A stretch of 64,000 nt of DNA from Candidatus Eiseniibacteriota bacterium (GTDB lineage Bacteria > Eisenbacteria > RBG-16-71-46 > JABDJR01), in assembly GCA_963783375.1 (NCBI GenBank), contig CAWANH010000029.1, positions 1,184,001 to 1,248,000 of the forward strand. The letters run 5' to 3'. The position numbers were made by a program, and so were the translations under genes. A model generated the notes under the pieces. It had not been told where the DNA came from and did not search any database. It saw nothing but the letters and a program-made list of their open reading frames with translations. Numbering within the stretch: the first letter of the stretch is position 1; each line of letters opens with the position of its first letter. This document shows positions 1 through 14,121 of the stretch, one piece after another.

Positions 1-1425
1 GTCCCGGCCGTCTTCCAGGTTGGCCTCGTTGTGCCGCTCGTTGTAGGCCGCGAGGTCGCGGAGGGTGAACCCGTCGTGGGCGGTGACGAAGTTGAGGCTG
101 GCATAGGGGCGTCGGCCGGTGGCCTCGTAGAGATCGGAGCTTCCGGTGAGCCGGTAGGCGAACTCGGCCAGGGTCTGGTCGTCCCCCCGCCAGTAGTCCC
201 GCACGCAGTCCCGGTACTTCCCGTTCCATTCCGTCCACAGCGGGGGGAAGTTTCCCACCTGATAGCCCCCCTCCCCCACGTCCCAGGGCTCGGCGATGAG
301 CTTCACCTGGCTCACCACCGGATCCTGCTGGATGAGGTCGAAGAAGGCGTTCAGCCGGTCCACGTCGTGGAGACCCCGGGCGAGGGCGGCGGCGAGATCG
401 AACCGGAAGCCGTCCACGTGCATGTCGAGAACCCAGTAGCGGAGCGAATCCATGATCAGCTGCAGCACGTGGGGATGGCGCATGTTGAGGGTATTGCCGG
501 TCCCGGTGTAGTCGGTGTAGTAGCGGGGGTCCTCCCCGGATAGACGGTAATAGGCCGCGTTGTCGATGCCCTTCATGCAGAGCATGGGGCCGAGGTGGTT
601 CCCCTCCGCAGTGTGGTTGTAGACCACGTCCAGGAGCACCTCGATCCCCGCGGCGTGCAGAGCCTTCACCATCTCCTTGAACTCGGCGGCCTGGCGCTCC
701 GGACCCTGCGTGGCGGCGTACTCGTTGTGGGGGGCGAAATAGCCGATGGTGTTGTAGCCCCAGTAGTTTCGGAGCCCCGCCTGGACCAGCCGGTGGTCGT
801 GAATGAACTGGTGCACCGGCATGAGCTCCACCGCGGTGATCCCCAGCTTCTGAAAGTGCTCGATCGCGGCGGGATGGGCCAGACCGGCGTACGTCCCCCG
901 AAGCTCCTCGGGGATCTCCGGATGCCGGCGGGTGAAGCCCTTGACGTGGAGCTCGTAGACCACGGTCTCGTGCCACGGAACCCCCGGCTTGGGATCGTGG
1001 CCCCAGTCGAAATGGGGCTGGCAGACCACCGAACGGGGCACGTGGGGCGCGCTGTCGGCGGAGTCGGCCTCGTCGGGACGGTCCGCCCGGTAGGGAAAGA
1101 CCGCCGGGTCCCAGCGCACCCCGCCCTCCACCCCTTTGGCGTAGGGATCGAGAAGGAGCTTGGCCGGGTTGTGGCGGAGCCCCCGCGCGGGATCCCACGG
1201 CCCGTGGATGCGGTACCCGTAGCGCTGCCCCGGCCCGACGTCGGGGAGATGGACGTGCCAGCAGAATCCGGTTGTCTCGGTGAGGTCGATCCGCGATTCG
1301 CCGCCGGCGGCGTCGAACAGGCAGAGATCCACCCGCTCCGCCGACTCCGAGAATATCGAGAAGTTGGTGCCGGTGCCGTCGTAGGTGGCGCCGAGGGGAT
1401 ACGGGGTGCCGGGACGAGTTTTCAC
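1..1425 (-). CDS. glgX: Glycogen debranching enzyme (GH13), partial; 3' end runs off the window start
   Basis: Absent from the ORF track because there is no stop in the window. Minus strand from GTG at 1425 (GGAGG upstream) reads [23 protein letters not shown] and later [42 protein letters not shown]. Confidence 0.93.
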   Translation of the reverse strand, partial: MKTRPGTPYPLGATYDGTGTNFSIFSESAERVDLCLFDAAGGESRIDLTETTGFCWHVHLPDVGPGQRYGYRIHGPWDPARGLRHNPAKLLLDPYAKGVEGGVRWDPAVFPYRADRPDEADSADSAPHVPRSVVCQPHFDWGHDPKPGVPWHETVVYELHVKGFTRRHPEIPEELRGTYAGLAHPAAIEHFQKLGITAVELMPVHQFIHDHRLVQAGLRNYWGYNTIGYFAPHNEYAATQGPERQAAEFKEMVKALHAAGIEVLLDVVYNHTAEGNHLGPMLCMKGIDNAAYYRLSGEDPRYYTDYTGTGNTLNMRHPHVLQLIMDSLRYWVLDMHVDGFRFDLAAALARGLHDVDRLNAFFDLIQQDPVVSQVKLIAEPWDVGEGGYQVGNFPPLWTEWNGKYRDCVRDYWRGDDQTLAEFAYRLTGSSDLYEATGRRPYASLNFVTAHDGFTLRDLAAYNERHNEANLEDGRD

Positions 1426-1762
1426 GGAGTCCTGTCCTCCGGCGCGGGGGCGCCGCGGGCGCCAACGGAGTTCGAGCTGATCGGGTACGGAAGGTTCACC
1501 GGAACCATCATGGCGAAGAATTCGGCAGCGCGCAAGGCGCGCGGACGACCCGGGGCCGTTGCTCCTACCGGTTGCCCTCCGTCCATCGCGTGGTTAGGCT
1601 ATGGGCCGGCGGACGGCGGATTCGGCCGTCGGGGACCGGCCGCCCTCGGCCGCGCCGCCGGCCGAGGCTTCGGAGTTCGGGACCGGGTGGCCGCCGCACG
1701 GTCGAAAGACGCCCTTCGCGGGGGAGAACGGGCATGTCGAACACGTCGGCGGACCTCGGACC

Positions 1763-2599
1763 ATGACCATCGTCGAGCTCACCCTGCTCATCGCGCTCAC
1801 CGCGTTCGCCGCCGGATTCCTCGGGGCCATCACCGGGCTCGGGGGCGGCGTGGTCATCGTCCCCTCCCTGGCGCTCCTCTTCGGGGTGGACATCCGCTAC
1901 GCCATCGGGGCGTCCCTGGTCGCGGTGATCGCCACCTCTTCGGCCGCCGCCGCCGCCTACGTTCGGGAAGGGTTCACCAACATCCGGATCGGCATGTTCC
2001 TGGAGATCGCCACCACGGTGGGAGCGGTCCTGAGCGCTTCGTTGGCCTCGTACTTTCCCGCCGCCGCGATCGCAGTGATCTTCGGCGTGATGCTCCTCTA
2101 CTCCGCCTATCTCTCCATCACCGCCGCCCCACGCCAACGGGAGAGCGAAGTCCCCGATCCCCTGGCCACCCGCCTCATGATGAACGGCGAATACCCCCAT
2201 CCGGGGGGCCCCCGTTCCTACCTCGTCCGCTCGGTGCCCGCGGGCTTCGGCCTCATGTTCGTGGCCGGCGCCCTCTCCGGGCTGCTGGGCATCGGCTCGG
2301 GGGCGCTCAAGGTGATCGCCATGGACCGGATCATGGGCATCCCATTCAAGGTCTCCACCACCACCAGCAACTTCATGATCGGGGTCACCGCCGCGGCCAG
2401 CGCCGGGGTCTACCTCCACCGGGGCTACATCGACCCGGGTCTGGCCATGCCGGTCTGCCTGGGAGTCCTGGCCGGATCGCTGATCGGCACCCGGCTTCTC
2501 CTGGCCGCGCGCACCAAGGCGCTCCGGATCGTGTTCGCCCTGGTCATCACCGTGCTCGGGATCCAGATGCTGGTGCACGGACTCGCGGGGAGAATGTAG
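1763..2599 (+). CDS. TSUP/TauE-SafE family (sulfite exporter-like) membrane transporter
   Basis: Two repeats of the GxxGxGGG/GIGSG motif and many hydrophobic segments. Start moved to ATG 1763. Confidence 0.85.
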   Translation: MTIVELTLLIALTAFAAGFLGAITGLGGGVVIVPSLALLFGVDIRYAIGASLVAVIATSSAAAAAYVREGFTNIRIGMFLEIATTVGAVLSASLASYFPAAAIAVIFGVMLLYSAYLSITAAPRQRESEVPDPLATRLMMNGEYPHPGGPRSYLVRSVPAGFGLMFVAGALSGLLGIGSGALKVIAMDRIMGIPFKVSTTTSNFMIGVTAAASAGVYLHRGYIDPGLAMPVCLGVLAGSLIGTRLLLAARTKALRIVFALVITVLGIQMLVHGLAGRM

Positions 2600-3016
2600 A
2601 TGGCCGCAACCACCCCACGGATCACCGACGAGGAGATCGAACGGATCATGGGGAACCTGCTCCGCGCCGCGGTCCTGGTCTCCGCGGCGGTGGTCCTGGT
2701 CGGGGGACTCGTCTACCTATCCCGCCACGCCGGCGAAGTTCCCGCCTACCAGGTCTTCCGGGGCGAGCCGGCGTCGTTCCGGACCTTCACCGGCATCGTG
2801 CAGAGCGTGGAGAACGCCCGGGGCCGGGGGATCATCCAGGCGGGAATCCTTCTCCTCATCGCCACCCCGGTGGCCCGGGTGGCCCTGGGGGTGGCCGCTT
2901 TCGCGCTGCAGCGGGACCGGCTGTACGTGACGGTCAGCCTCATCGTGTTGACCGTGCTCCTCTACAGCATCCTCGGAGGGTACTTCCTGGAGGCCGCCTT
3001 CGCCGCCGTGCGGTGA
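2600..3016 (+). CDS. DUF1634-like membrane protein
   Basis: GILLLIATPVARV motif; directly abuts the TSUP gene, the usual partner of this family. Confidence 0.75.
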   Translation: MAATTPRITDEEIERIMGNLLRAAVLVSAAVVLVGGLVYLSRHAGEVPAYQVFRGEPASFRTFTGIVQSVENARGRGIIQAGILLLIATPVARVALGVAAFALQRDRLYVTVSLIVLTVLLYSILGGYFLEAAFAAVR

Positions 3017-3080
3017 TGTGAACGACGCCGGGCGCGCCGAGGTCCGGCGGAACAAGTGACGAGATTCCCCGGAGGAAACG

Positions 3081-4262
3081 CTAGTTCAGATCCTCCAGCT
3101 TCAGGGGGAGCTGAACCGATTTCCCTCCGCGCCGGACGGTGAGGGTCACCTTGTCCCCCGGCTGGTGGGTGTCGAGGGCCGCGAACAGGTCGTCGAAGTT
3201 GTTGATCGGTTTCCCGTCGATGGCGGTGATGTCGTCGAAGGAGCGCACCCGGCCCCACTGGTCCACCCGGATGGGTTGAAGGCCGGCTTTCGCCGCCTCG
3301 GTCTCCGCGGCCACGGAGCGGACGATCACTCCCTTCACCCCCCAGCGACGGGCGAGGGCGTCCGGGATCACCGAGATCGCGAGCCCGGCGTGCTTCACCT
3401 TCCCGTAGCGGATGAGCTGGGGGACGATCCGCTTCACCGTGTTCACCGGAACCGCGAACCCCACCCCGGCGCTGGTGCCGGAGGGGCTGAGGATGGCGGT
3501 GTTGACCCCGATCAGCCGTCCCGAGGAGTCGATCAGGGTTCCCCCGGAGTTCCCGGGGTTGATCGAGGCGTCGGTCTGGATCATCCCCTCGATGAGCGTA
3601 CCGGCCACCGAGCGAATCTCCCGACCCAGGGCGCTGATCACCCCGGTGGTCAGGGTCTGGTCGAGCCCGAAGGGATTCCCGAGGGCCAACACCTTCTGCC
3701 CCACCATCAGGTTCCCGGAGTCCCCCAGGTCCACCGCGGTGAGGCTGTCCGCCGAGACGTCGATGAGGAGAACGGCGAGATCCTTGGTGGGCTCGGTCCC
3801 GATCAGGGCGGCGGGATAGGTCATGCCGTCGGCCAGGGTGACGGTGAAGGAGTTCCCGTTCTGGACCACATGGAAGTTGGTGACCACGTGTCCCTGCTTG
3901 TCCCAGATGAAGCCCGAGCCGGTGCCGGCGGGGATCTCGGACACGTTCATGCTGAAGGGATCCCGCCGGAGCTGGCGGTTGGTGATGTAGACCACGGAGT
4001 TCGACACCCGGCGGAAGATGTCGATGGTGTTCCGTTCGTTGTCGAGCAGGCCGGCGGGAAGGGGGCCCTCCCCGGTGGTGTCGGGGGCCGATTCGAGGCC
4101 CCCCTGGGCCGGACCGGACACGGAGACCGGCGTGGAAACCGGGGCGGCGACGGACAGGGAGGCCTGCGCCGGTCGGTCCAGCCGGGTTCCGAGAACGATT
4201 CCGAACAGGATCAGCGATGTCGCGAGCGCGATTCCGAAGAGCCAATTGAGCACCGTCTTCAT
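3081..4262 (-). CDS. HtrA/DegP-family serine protease with PDZ domain
   Basis: N-terminal TM; TNFHV, DLAVL and GNSGG catalytic triad motifs; C-terminal PDZ-like region. Confidence 0.93.
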   Translation of the reverse strand: MKTVLNWLFGIALATSLILFGIVLGTRLDRPAQASLSVAAPVSTPVSVSGPAQGGLESAPDTTGEGPLPAGLLDNERNTIDIFRRVSNSVVYITNRQLRRDPFSMNVSEIPAGTGSGFIWDKQGHVVTNFHVVQNGNSFTVTLADGMTYPAALIGTEPTKDLAVLLIDVSADSLTAVDLGDSGNLMVGQKVLALGNPFGLDQTLTTGVISALGREIRSVAGTLIEGMIQTDASINPGNSGGTLIDSSGRLIGVNTAILSPSGTSAGVGFAVPVNTVKRIVPQLIRYGKVKHAGLAISVIPDALARRWGVKGVIVRSVAAETEAAKAGLQPIRVDQWGRVRSFDDITAIDGKPINNFDDLFAALDTHQPGDKVTLTVRRGGKSVQLPLKLEDLN

Positions 4263-4685
4263 GGGTCAGGATCCTCCGGGGTGACGCCACCCTCCGGAAT
4301 GCGTGCGTTGAACCGGTAACCGCTCGTATCGTAGTGGATTGTCCCGATGGGCCGACTCGGGGGAGCGGCCCTTCGGGCCGCGCCGCCGAGGCATCGGCGC
4401 GCGATGCGGGCGGCCGGAGAGGATCGCGGCCGCTCTCCCTTTCTACCCGCGCCCCCTCCCCACGCTTCCCATAGCATAGCGGGTATCGCGCCGGTTACCC
4501 AGCCCCCAACTACATACCTCATATGAAGTTATCATACGCGATGTGATATCTGGATATGGCTTTTCCCCCTCCCCGGGCCCACCGATTCCGACTAAGGTTG
4601 TCCAGTATCTTTGGGTTCTGCAGGTCGCACGCGCGCTCCGAAACCCGCCGGGGGCGGTCGGAGCCGAGGAAGCAGGAGACCACGA

Positions 4686-5363
4686 ATGGGTTGGCTGAGC
4701 ACGTTTTACCGATCGTCGATCGGGAAGAAGATCACGGTGGCGGTGACCGGAGTCATCATGGTCCTCTTCCTCATCGGGCACATGATGGGGAACCTCCTCC
4801 TCTTCGAGGGCCCCGGACAAGCCGGAGAGCCGGCCCGCCTCAATCAGTACGCGGAACTCCTCCGGTTCGAGCCGGTGATGCTCTGGATCATCCGGCTGGT
4901 GCTGCTGGCCACGGTGGTCCTACACGTGATCACCGTGATCCAGCTGAGCCTGGAGAACAACCGGGCACGGAACGTGAAGTACGCGGTGAAGAAACACCAG
5001 GCGGCGACCGTCTCCTCGCGGACCATGCTCTGGGGCGGGTTCATCGTGGCGGCGTTCATCGTCTTCCATATCCTTCACTTCACCACCGGCACGATCTACT
5101 CGGCCCACTACGAGCACCTGAAGCCGTACCACAACGTGATCACGAGCTTCCAGAACCCGATCTTCGCGGGGCTCTACATCCTCGCCATGGTCGTCATCTT
5201 TTTCCACCTGAACCACGGCATCAAGAGCGGCTTCGAGACCCTCGGAGTCACCCACCCGCGCTACGTGAACCTGGTTCGCCTGGGCGGTCCCATTCTGGCC
5301 CTCCTCATCGCCGCCGGCTTCCTGCTGGTGCCGTTGGCGGTCCTGGCCGGATGGGTGAAGTAG
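4686..5363 (+). CDS. sdhC: Succinate dehydrogenase/fumarate reductase cytochrome b558 subunit
   Basis: [20 protein letters not shown], five TM segments with conserved His, upstream of sdhA. Confidence 0.9.
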   Translation: MGWLSTFYRSSIGKKITVAVTGVIMVLFLIGHMMGNLLLFEGPGQAGEPARLNQYAELLRFEPVMLWIIRLVLLATVVLHVITVIQLSLENNRARNVKYAVKKHQAATVSSRTMLWGGFIVAAFIVFHILHFTTGTIYSAHYEHLKPYHNVITSFQNPIFAGLYILAMVVIFFHLNHGIKSGFETLGVTHPRYVNLVRLGGPILALLIAAGFLLVPLAVLAGWVK

Positions 5364-5377
5364 AGGGGAGGAACGCC

Positions 5378-7293
<1,916 letters not shown>

Positions 7294-7294
<1 letters not shown>

Positions 7295-8052
7295 TGAGGA
7301 TCAAGCTCAAGGTCTGGCGTCAGGCGGGACCGAACGCGAAGGGTCGCTTCCAGGAGATCGACGTTCCCGAGGTGAGCGAGGACTCCTCGTTCCTCGAGAT
7401 GCTGGACATGGTGAACCAGGGGCTGATCGAGAAGGGTGAGGAGCCCGTCGCCTTCGACAGCGACTGCCGGGAGGGCATCTGCGGCACCTGCGGGGTGATG
7501 ATCAACGGCGAGGCCCACGGGCCGCTCCCCGGGACCACCACCTGCCAGCACCACATGCGGCACTTCAAGGACGGCGAAACCCTGGTGGTCGAGCCCTGGC
7601 GGGCCAAGGCCTTTCCCATCATCAAGGACCTGGTGGTGAACCGGAACGCCTTCGACCGCATCATCCGGGCCGGGGGCTACGTCAGCGTGGACACCGGCGC
7701 CGCCCCCGAGGCCGGGGCGATCCTGGTGTCGAAGGACGCCTCGGACACCGCCTTCGAGAGCGCGGCCTGTATCGGCTGCGGGGCGTGCGTGGCCGCCTGC
7801 CCCAACGCCAGCGCCATGCTCTTCGTGGGGGCCAAGATCAGCCATCTGGCGGTGCTCCCCCAGGGCCAGCCCGAGCGCATGGACCGCGCGGTGCGGATGG
7901 TGGCCACCATGGACGACGAGGGCTTCGGGAACTGCACCAATCATGGCGAATGCGAGAAGGCCTGCCCCAAAGAGATCAAGATGACCAACATCTACCGGAT
8001 GAACGCCGACTACCTGAAGGCGAGCCTGGTGGAGAAGAAGGTGCCGAAGTAG
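7294..8052 (+). CDS. sdhB: Succinate dehydrogenase/fumarate reductase iron-sulfur subunit
   Basis: [21 protein letters not shown] and [12 protein letters not shown] Fe-S motifs; TGATG overlap with sdhA. Confidence 0.96.
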
Positions 8053-8240
8053 GGAGCGGGTAGCGCGGCTCGGGATACGGAACGAATCGATACGGCCCGG
8101 GGCTGGGAGCTCCGGGCCGTTTGCCGTGCTCCTCCGGGACGCGGTCGAGGCTCCGGTGTCCGGAGAACCGAGCCGGGTAATCGGTGCCACGAGAAGCGGT
8201 CAACCCGAGCGGACGGCGGGCCAGTCGCAGACTCCCGCCG

Positions 8241-8554
8241 GGCTTTATTGCGAACATTGTGTACCCGGGGAAGCACGGATGACAGCGGCCGCGCGACGGG
8301 GGCGCATGGGCCGGCCTGCTCCTGAGCGAGGCGAGAATCTGGAGGCGCGATGGGAGCGGAGCGGGTCCCGTCGCGCCGGAAGAGCGAGCGATGGATCGTC
8401 CGGCGGACGACCCGAGCGAGCGCTGAGCGCCGAGACGAAGGGGCACCGGCCCAAAGACCCCGCCGCCCGATGCCGGCGGGCTTCGAGGGAATCGTGGTTC
8501 CGGGCGCTATTGCGAACATCGCGTACCCGGGGAAGCGAAGTTCGCAATAAAGCC
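8241..8554. mobile_element. Candidate MITE / non-autonomous element with 15-bp perfect terminal inverted repeats
   Basis: GGCTTTATTGCGAAC (8241-8255) and its exact reverse complement GTTCGCAATAAAGCC (8540-8554); internal 29-bp direct repeat; intergenic between convergent operons; no transposase. Confidence 0.6.
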
Positions 8555-8649
8555 TTTGGTGCGGCGCCGCGGATGAAGCAGCCCATGCGCCGTGGCAGAT
8601 CTCAGGCGCGGGCGAGCGGCGGCCCTCGGAGGACGGTTGGCCCGAAGGT

Positions 8650-9240
8650 CTACCCGAAGCCCAGCTCCAACCGGGCGGCCTCGGTCATGCGGCTCATGTC
8701 CCACGGGGGATCCCAGACGATGTCCACCCGGACGTCGTCCACCCCGGGAAGCCGGCTGATCTTATCCTCGGCTTCGCCGCGCAGCACGTCCCCCATGCCG
8801 CAACCGGGGGCGGTCATGGTCATGGCGATCTCGACCGACGAGCCGTGCCCGGCGGGCGCGACCTTGCATTCGTAGATGAGCCCGAGGTCCACGACGTTGA
8901 CCGGGATCTCGGGGTCGAAGATCGTGCGGAGCTCGTCCCAGATCGCCTTCTCCAACTCGGCCGCGTCCACCGCGGCGGGCGAGCCGCCGTTGGCGGACTC
9001 GGCGGGCTTCGCCGCGGCCGCCGGGGCGGGGGCCGCGGTCGGTTCCTTCCCCAGGGCGTCGGCGTCGCGGCCGTCCACCCGGGCCATGTACCCCTGGGGG
9101 GTGATCACGGTGTAGGAACCGCCCAGGGACTGGGTGATGGTGACCGTCACCCCTTCCGGGATGAGGATCCGGTTCCCGGCCGGGATCACCACCGCTTCCA
9201 CGTCCCGGGTGATCTCCACGTCTTCAGAATGTCTCATCAT
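8650..9240 (-). CDS. sufT: Fe-S cluster assembly protein SufT (DUF59/PaaD-like)
   Basis: ITQSLGGSYTV N-terminal part; DPEIPVNVVDLGLIY, TMTAPGCGMG, WDPPW. Confidence 0.88.
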   Translation of the reverse strand: MMRHSEDVEITRDVEAVVIPAGNRILIPEGVTVTITQSLGGSYTVITPQGYMARVDGRDADALGKEPTAAPAPAAAAKPAESANGGSPAAVDAAELEKAIWDELRTIFDPEIPVNVVDLGLIYECKVAPAGHGSSVEIAMTMTAPGCGMGDVLRGEAEDKISRLPGVDDVRVDIVWDPPWDMSRMTEAARLELGFG

Positions 9241-9322
9241 CGATGGTCCTTCTCCGTCCGCTGCCCGCGTCCCGCGGCGGTTCCGGATCGCGGGCCGGGC
9301 GCGCCCGCCCGGGGCGGGCGAA

Positions 9323-9775
9323 CTACTCCGTGGAGGCCGTCTCGTCCTGCTGGCGCAGGGCGGAGGCCACGGTGTGCCAGCACAGGGTGGCGCATTTGAC
9401 CCGGGACGGGAACTGGTTCACCCCGGCGACCGCGGCCAGCTCGCCCAGGGCCAGGAGGTCCTCCTCTGACTGGGGCTTGCCGGTCACCATCTTCTGGAAC
9501 TGCTCGAACATCGCCTCCGCTTCGGCCCGGGTCTTTCCCTTGAGCACCGTGGTCATGACCGAGGCCGACGCCTGGGAGATCGCGCACCCCGAACCCCTGA
9601 AACCCACCTCGGCGATCCGGTCGCCGTCCATCTTCAGATACACGATGAGCTTGTCCCCGCAGAGAGGGTTGTAGCCCTCGGCCGTGTGGTTGGCGCCTTC
9701 GGGCTTTCCCTGGTTCCGGGGGTTCCTGTTGTGGTCGAGGATGACTTCCTGGTAGAGATCCGAAAGATCCGACAT
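9323..9775 (-). CDS. sufU: SufU/NifU-like Fe-S scaffold or sulfur-transfer protein
   Basis: LYQEVILDH, NPLCGD, GCAISQAS, RVKCATL. Confidence 0.92.
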   Translation of the reverse strand: MSDLSDLYQEVILDHNRNPRNQGKPEGANHTAEGYNPLCGDKLIVYLKMDGDRIAEVGFRGSGCAISQASASVMTTVLKGKTRAEAEAMFEQFQKMVTGKPQSEEDLLALGELAAVAGVNQFPSRVKCATLCWHTVASALRQQDETASTE

Positions 9776-11089
9776 CTAGAACCTCGCTTCCAGGAACGCG
9801 GCCAGCTTCTCCCGGACCGGCACGATGCCCACCCGGTCCAGCATCTCCCCCGCGAACCCCTGGATCATGATCCGCCGGGCCTCGCCGCGTTCGATCCCCC
9901 GGGAGCATAGATAGAAGAGCGCCTCCTCGTCGATCTGGCCGATGGTGGCACCGTGGCGGGCCTTGACGTCGTCGGCGAAGATCTCGAGCTCCGGGTTGGT
10001 GTTGACCAGCGCCTCGTTCGAGAGCAGAAGGTTGTTGTTGGTCTGGGAGGCGTCGATCCGCTGGGCTCCCTCGCGGATGAGGACCCGGCCGTTGAAGACC
10101 CCGGTGGCCTTCCCGTCCAGAACGCCCTTGTAGAGCTGGCGGCTGGATGTATGGGGGCTCTTGTGGTCCACGTAGGTATGGTGGTCCACGTGCTGGCGTC
10201 CCGCCACCGCATAGAGTCCGTTCAGGGCGCACTCCGAGCCCTCGCCGTCCATCATCGCGTCGACGTCGGTCCGGACCAGCCGCCCGCCGAACGAAAGCGA
10301 ATGGCTGGTGAACCGGGCGTTTCGTCCCAGCCGCGCGGCGACGGCCCCGATGTGGATGGACTTGAGCCCTTCCCGCTGAAGCTTCACGTGGTCGAGGGAG
10401 GCGTTGTCCCCCACCAGGATCTCGGTCACCGGGGCGGTGAAGACCGCCGCGTCATCGGGCCCCACGAACTCCTCGATCACCCTGGCCCGCGAACCCGGGG
10501 CCATCTCGATCACCACCCGGGGATGGACGGCCCGCGGCTCCCCGCCGCCGGCGGTCACGAATAGCAGATGGATCGGCGCCTCGATCGCGGTGTCCCGCGG
10601 AATCCGGATGACCGCGCCGTCGGTCATGAAAGCGGTGTTGAGGGCGGCGAAGGGGTGGCGTTCGAGGTCCACCGCGGTCCCGAGGAGTCCGGACGGCATG
10701 GCCTCGCGGTCCCCGAGCAGCGCGGCCAGGCCGGAGGCGACCGCACCCTCGGCGGGGAGGCGCTCCCGGGAGAGCGCGGGCGAAAACGAGCCGTTCACGA
10801 AGGTCAGCCGTACCCCGCCGGCGTCGGCCAGAACCATGGACTCGACTTCCCGGGGGGACGTCGCCGCCGCGTCGGATCCCGGGCTCCACCGGAACTCCTG
10901 TTTGCGGAGCGGCTTCAGGTTGGTGAAGCGCCAGGCCTCGACCCGGGTATCGGGGACCCCGGCCTCGCGGAACCGCTCCGCCCCGCGCCGACGAAGCCCG
11001 GCCAGCCACGGCGGACCCCCGGCGGCCGGGGCGCCGGCCAGGAGCCCTTCCACCACCGGATCCAGATCGGCCAATGCGCGGGTCGTCAT
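9776..11089 (-). CDS. sufD: Fe-S cluster assembly protein SufD
   Basis: EAWRFTNL, FAALNTAF, PELEIFADDVKARHGATIG. Confidence 0.93.
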   Translation of the reverse strand: MTTRALADLDPVVEGLLAGAPAAGGPPWLAGLRRRGAERFREAGVPDTRVEAWRFTNLKPLRKQEFRWSPGSDAAATSPREVESMVLADAGGVRLTFVNGSFSPALSRERLPAEGAVASGLAALLGDREAMPSGLLGTAVDLERHPFAALNTAFMTDGAVIRIPRDTAIEAPIHLLFVTAGGGEPRAVHPRVVIEMAPGSRARVIEEFVGPDDAAVFTAPVTEILVGDNASLDHVKLQREGLKSIHIGAVAARLGRNARFTSHSLSFGGRLVRTDVDAMMDGEGSECALNGLYAVAGRQHVDHHTYVDHKSPHTSSRQLYKGVLDGKATGVFNGRVLIREGAQRIDASQTNNNLLLSNEALVNTNPELEIFADDVKARHGATIGQIDEEALFYLCSRGIERGEARRIMIQGFAGEMLDRVGIVPVREKLAAFLEARF

Positions 11090-11877
11090 CTTCCGGAGGC
11101 TCCCGCGGTCCGGGCGACCTCGTCCTCGATCCAGCCGTAGCCCCGCTCTTCCAGCTCCAGGGCCAGCTCCTTCCCCCCGGTCTTCACGATCTGACCGTTC
11201 ACCAGGACGTGGACCCGGTCGGGGACCACGTAGCCCAGGAGCCGCTGGTAATGGGTCACCAGCACGATGGACCGGTCCTCGCGGCGGTGCAGGTTGATCC
11301 CATTGGCCACGATCTTCAGGGCGTCGATGTCCAGGCCGGAATCGGTCTCGTCCAGGATGGCCAGGGTCGGATCCAGGAGCCCGAGCTGGAGGATCTCGTT
11401 CCGCTTCTTCTCACCCCCCGAAAACCCGTCGTTCACGAAGCGGGTGAGGAGCGACTCGTCCAGCTCCACCAGCTTCGCCTTCTCCTTGAGGAGGCCCAGG
11501 AATTCCACCGCCCCGATCTCGGCCTCGCCGCGGTACTTGCGAACCGCGTTGAGCGCGGAGCGGAGAAAGTACCGGTTGCTGACCCCGGGAATCTCCACCG
11601 GATACTGGAAACCCAGAAAGATGCCCTCTCCCGCCCGCTCCTCGGGCTCCATGGCCAGGAGGTCACGACCGCGGTAGAGAACCTCCCCCTCGGTCACTTC
11701 CAGGCCGGGAGCGCCGGCCAGCACCTTGGCCAGGGTGCTCTTCCCGGAGCCGTTCGGCCCCATGATGGCGTGAACCTCCCCCGCGTTCACGGTGAGGTCG
11801 ATCCCGCGGAGGATGTCCTTCTCCTCGGCGCGGGCGTGCAGGTTCCTGACGACGAGCATCGGTCCTTCCTGGGTCAT
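11086..11877 (-). CDS. sufC: Fe-S cluster assembly ATPase SufC
   Basis: GPNGSGKST, FQYPVEIPGV, FSGGEKKRNE, LDETDSGLDIDAL. Start is uncertain (11913, 11877 or 11859). Confidence 0.95.
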   Translation of the reverse strand: MTQEGPMLVVRNLHARAEEKDILRGIDLTVNAGEVHAIMGPNGSGKSTLAKVLAGAPGLEVTEGEVLYRGRDLLAMEPEERAGEGIFLGFQYPVEIPGVSNRYFLRSALNAVRKYRGEAEIGAVEFLGLLKEKAKLVELDESLLTRFVNDGFSGGEKKRNEILQLGLLDPTLAILDETDSGLDIDALKIVANGINLHRREDRSIVLVTHYQRLLGYVVPDRVHVLVNGQIVKTGGKELALELEERGYGWIEDEVARTAGASGR

Positions 11878-12056
11878 TCCATCCGTCCCTTCAACGTCAA
11901 TCGATCGGGTCACTGACTTCCATCATTCGGGGGCCGGCGGTCGGCGCCGAAACCCGCGTCCGGCGCCGTTCGCCCCGAGGCCTCGGCGGTCGCTCAGGTG
12001 CTCGATCCGAGGGCCATCCGCTCCCCCTCGCGACACGGCTTCCTGAAGAGGTCGGG

Positions 12057-13547
<1,491 letters not shown>

Positions 13548-13685
13548 TGTTTTCGGATCATCCTTTCCCAGCTCCTTCAAGGGGCGTTCCCCCGGAGCGG
13601 GTCGCACGGGCTGGCCGGCGCCGCCCGCAGACGTCCCACCCTCCGGAGCTTCAACAGATAGGCGGTTGGCCGTGGATAGATGACA

Positions 13686-13714
13686 AGATTACTCGCTTTT
13701 CCGCCTACTGGCAA
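13686..13714 (-). promoter_or_regulatory. Candidate sigma70-type promoter for the suf operon
   Basis: Minus strand TTGCCA-17 nt-TAATCT in an AT-richer intergenic stretch about 140 nt upstream of sufB. Confidence 0.55.
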
Positions 13715-14121
13715 GCCACTGGGGCCAAACGCTCTATCCTCTTGCAATACCGCCAAGAAGCCCAATCGCATCCCTGCCCGGGCTCGGGCCCCTTTGCGGT
13801 TTATCATACGACAAAAACTATAGTGTTTCACAGCCCGCTCCGCCTCTGGCTCCGAATCGCCGGAGTGTTGAACCCATTCTGAGGAAAGACGCAAGCCGAT
13901 GGGATGAGGTTACGCCCCCCTTCCGACCGGCAACAGAGCGGATAACCCGTATTCAAATTAGACAACCTTGTCCTTAATCCAGATCGCGGGCTGTCGAGTC
14001 GCGGTTTCGGACGCCCGGTCGCCGGCGGGAGCGATTGTAGCCGCCGGGGCAGCGTCCGTCACCTCCGGCCCGACCCATTCACGACCCGCCGCGGCGGCGG
14101 GCATCCGACCGGCAGGTCGGC

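Noticed and set aside
31-3021. Long + strand ORFs 31..543 and 595..3021
   Set aside because: They are antisense or alternate-frame shadows of glgX and the TSUP/DUF1634 genes, typical of high-GC DNA, with no family motifs.
4522-4536. TATGA-N5-TCATA palindrome in the AT-rich htrA/sdhC intergenic region
   Set aside because: It is short, occurs once, and its spacing does not fit CRP/FNR/Rex-type N6 cores, so it could not be assigned.
4556-5377. Apparent 274-aa N-terminal extension of SdhA (912-aa ORF)
   Set aside because: It overlaps sdhC in another frame; the real start is ATG 5378 with an RBS.
8246-8536. 29-bp direct repeat as a CRISPR array
   Set aside because: Only two copies about 260 bp apart and no cas genes.
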